A stretch of DNA of 64,000 nucleotides from a bacterium (GTDB lineage: Bacteria > Patescibacteriota > Patescibacteriia > Patescibacteriales > UBA12465), in assembly GCA_021806615.1 (NCBI GenBank), contig JAJZRB010000004.1, positions 7,664 to 71,663 on the forward strand, written 5' to 3'. Under the pieces are notes generated by a model. It did not search any database. It saw only the letters and a program-made list of their open reading frames with translations, and had not been told where the DNA came from. A program made the translations under genes and the position numbers. How positions within the stretch are numbered: the first letter of the stretch is position 1; each line of letters opens with the position of its first letter. Positions 61,923 through 64,000 of the stretch are shown piece after piece.

Positions 61923-64000
61923 CTATCTTACGAACAATCCATTTTCAGTTTGATCCAGCGGCTTAGTCGGCCACTTACGCCAGTCGAAGCGACGTCCGGT
62001 CAGACGGTAGGAAATCTCCACCGGCCGGTCAGCGCGGAAAATAAGCTTATTATCTTCTATTATATAATAAACTTGGGCTAAACGGCCATAGGGGGTCATG
62101 ATGACTTCAACATTATCCTTATTGAAATCAACGACCTGCCGCCAAACCCAGAGATCGCTGCCTTCCGCGACCTTAGAGAAATCAAGGATCGCTTCGTATT
62201 CTTTGGCGGGAGTCTTCTTATAAATATCCATCTTCCCGGCGTATTCTTCCTTGACGCCGCCCGCTATTGAAGCGGCAAAGGTCGCGTAATTGACGCCGTT
62301 AATCTTATACAACGGGTCGATGGTGTTAACGGTCAATTTATTAACGTTAGTGATATTGCCGGTCACGCCGTTCTGGTTCATATTCAAATCGCCGGTAGAA
62401 ATTGATAATCCAGTAGATTTTATGGAGCCGCCGACTTCTAATTTAGCTCCGGCGGCAGCCGAAGTGACACCGATACCGAAATTCCCTTCTCCGACATAAT
62501 AAACGCCGTCACGAGCAACGCGCATATAATCCAGGGTACCGGCGCCGCAACAATCGGATTGCCGGAAATACCAGCCGTCATTCACGTTGTCAGTCGTATA
62601 AAATATACCGTTAGAAGTATCGGCGCCATTATTCTCGCCTAAGATCCCGACAAAATCATTGTTAGTCGAAGGGAGCGCTATGCCGTACCCAGAAACACCT
62701 CCGGCACCGCTATTTCCTCCACCGATACCTATCCAGCCGTTTACATCTAATTTATAGGCCGGCCCCGTAGTACCGATCCCGACACTGCCATTCGTATCTG
62801 ATTTATAGACCGTCGTGCCGTTAACTGTCCAACCGCTGGTAGCACCCCAGTCTGTTTTACAGACTCCGGCAATACAGAGGCCGGTGCCATTCACTGTTCC
62901 AGAAGCGTTGATACTGCCGACGACGTCTAGATTAGATCCGGGGTTGGTTTTACCGATACCGACGTTTTGTCCGTTACCAATAGATAAATTATTACTCACG
63001 GCGAAGAAAGGATTTTCTGAATTAACTTCTTCTATAACCGGATCAGCGAATAAGACAATCTGCTGACCGACATTATAAGAATAATTATAAAATCTGATTC
63101 TTAAATACTGAGCGTTAGGATCAAACCTCACAGTATACCCGCCAATATTACAGCCGTTACCATTCGCATCCGATGGTTCAGTCCAGCCATTTGGGGTATC
63201 AGAGGCGTAAATATAGCCTGTATACTTATACCAGGTATCATTACCTGGCAACCCTCCACAATGGAAATAAGGGTTGGTCGTTCCAGCGCCTCCAGTATTA
63301 TAGACGGCCGTTTCACCAAAACTACTATTATAGGTATTGATCCCTAAATATTTTGTTCCTCCCGTGCCGCCGCCCTCGCCTTTGATCCAAACACTTATTC
63401 GATAAGTTTTCTTCGGATCAATCTTAATATATTTTGACTGCTCGTATGTTTCGGCGGTTGTACCGACACCGGCGGTAACTGTTCTAGCCGCTCTTGCTCT
63501 CGTGCCATCTGGCAGATTCTGATATACATAGCTGATATTCCCTGATCTATTCCACCAAGTGGTGTCTTGGGCAAACTGGGGATCCTGCACTAGGTTATCT
63601 GCTCGACCAGATTTATAAGCTAAATCGCCGTTAACATCTAAGCTAGCATAAGGATTGGTCAGGCCGATGCCGACAGTACCGCCGGAAGCCTGTAATGAAA
63701 GATTATAGGCGGTAGCAGAATCAGTTCTTCCGGCCTGTATCCATGAATTCCCATTGCCGTAGACGCCAAAATATTGTCCGTAACCAGTATTATCGGAGGC
63801 GGTAACAGCGAATCCCACTCCATTTGTGGATCCTAGGGTCATTTGCGGTATGGAAGCTGGGGCTAAGACATTAAGTCTCCCTTGAGGGCTTAAAGTCCCA
63901 ACTCCAATGTTGCCGCCGGAAGTTATCCGCATAAAAGTATAGCCATCAGTCCCTCCCCAATCTTTATTATAATTAGCAATACCCATATGAGGGTTTGATT
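61923..64000 (-). CDS. tail-fibre-like surface repeat protein, 5'-partial (frame open to window end)
   Basis: The track ORF is 61923..63986, but the reading frame continues without a stop to 64000. It has five copies of a G-x-[VF]GIG-x(4-8)-L-[DNE]-V motif (GGNIGVGTLSPQGRLNV, GGTVGIGLTNPYASLDV, GQNVGIGKTNPGSNLDV, NGSVGIGTTGPAYKLDV, GNFGIGVTSAAAGAKLEV). It also has a central jelly-roll/CBM-looking segment. Confidence 0.55.
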   Translation of the reverse strand, partial: SNPHMGIANYNKDWGGTDGYTFMRITSGGNIGVGTLSPQGRLNVLAPASIPQMTLGSTNGVGFAVTASDNTGYGQYFGVYGNGNSWIQAGRTDSATAYNLSLQASGGTVGIGLTNPYASLDVNGDLAYKSGRADNLVQDPQFAQDTTWWNRSGNISYVYQNLPDGTRARAARTVTAGVGTTAETYEQSKYIKIDPKKTYRISVWIKGEGGGTGGTKYLGINTYNSSFGETAVYNTGGAGTTNPYFHCGGLPGNDTWYKYTGYIYASDTPNGWTEPSDANGNGCNIGGYTVRFDPNAQYLRIRFYNYSYNVGQQIVLFADPVIEEVNSENPFFAVSNNLSIGNGQNVGIGKTNPGSNLDVVGSINASGTVNGTGLCIAGVCKTDWGATSGWTVNGTTVYKSDTNGSVGIGTTGPAYKLDVNGWIGIGGGNSGAGGVSGYGIALPSTNNDFVGILGENNGADTSNGIFYTTDNVNDGWYFRQSDCCGAGTLDYMRVARDGVYYVGEGNFGIGVTSAAAGAKLEVGGSIKSTGLSISTGDLNMNQNGVTGNITNVNKLTVNTIDPLYKINGVNYATFAASIAGGVKEEYAGKMDIYKKTPAKEYEAILDFSKVAEGSDLWVWRQVVDFNKDNVEVIMTPYGRLAQVYYIIEDNKLIFRADRPVEISYRLTGRRFDWRKWPTKPLDQTENGLFVR

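Overview
The 64 kb window is almost entirely coding: about 50 protein genes and 1 tRNA, mostly on the minus strand. All calls come from reading motifs by eye; no database search or composition calculation was run. The gene content includes IleRS, SecA, a class Ic-like RNR, HPF, RseP, Frr, HolB, GatCA, LigA and a small malic enzyme. There are many N-terminally anchored or secreted giant repeat proteins and no biosynthetic operons. This suggests a reduced-genome, probably monoderm, Patescibacteria/CPR-type bacterium, but that placement is inference only. Housekeeping blocks (1-19.9 kb and 43.5-48.2 kb) alternate with five accessory blocks. (i) An AT-rich free-standing HNH cassette abuts secA (4.3-5.0 kb). 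(ii) A Wzx-type glycan cluster lies at 20-27.4 kb. (iii) A 12 kb histidine-themed block (29.6-41.6 kb) is my best candidate for an undescribed system. It holds an MIO (HAL-type) lyase and a NitT/TauT-type ABC importer whose genes are split around a canonical HisRS translationally coupled to a degenerate HisRS paralog. The same block holds two cytoplasmic Thr-type alkaline-phosphatase-superfamily enzymes, a NIF3 protein and a PRTase-like orphan. (iv) An AT-rich NYN+HD two-gene cassette (41.7-43.4 kb) is bracketed by an imperfect ~75 bp direct repeat that duplicates the 3' end of tRNA-Ser(GGA) plus its terminator. (v) A surface-proteome block lies at 48.9-64 kb. It holds a processive GT2 synthase fused to a clan GH-A-like hydrolase and a papain-like peptidase with a T9SS-type C-terminal sorting domain. 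It also holds a 1301-aa protein with ~124 Cys and a disintegrin-like module, two cupredoxin-like proteins and a tail-fibre-like repeat protein. I saw no CRISPR array, rRNA, transposase or integrase.
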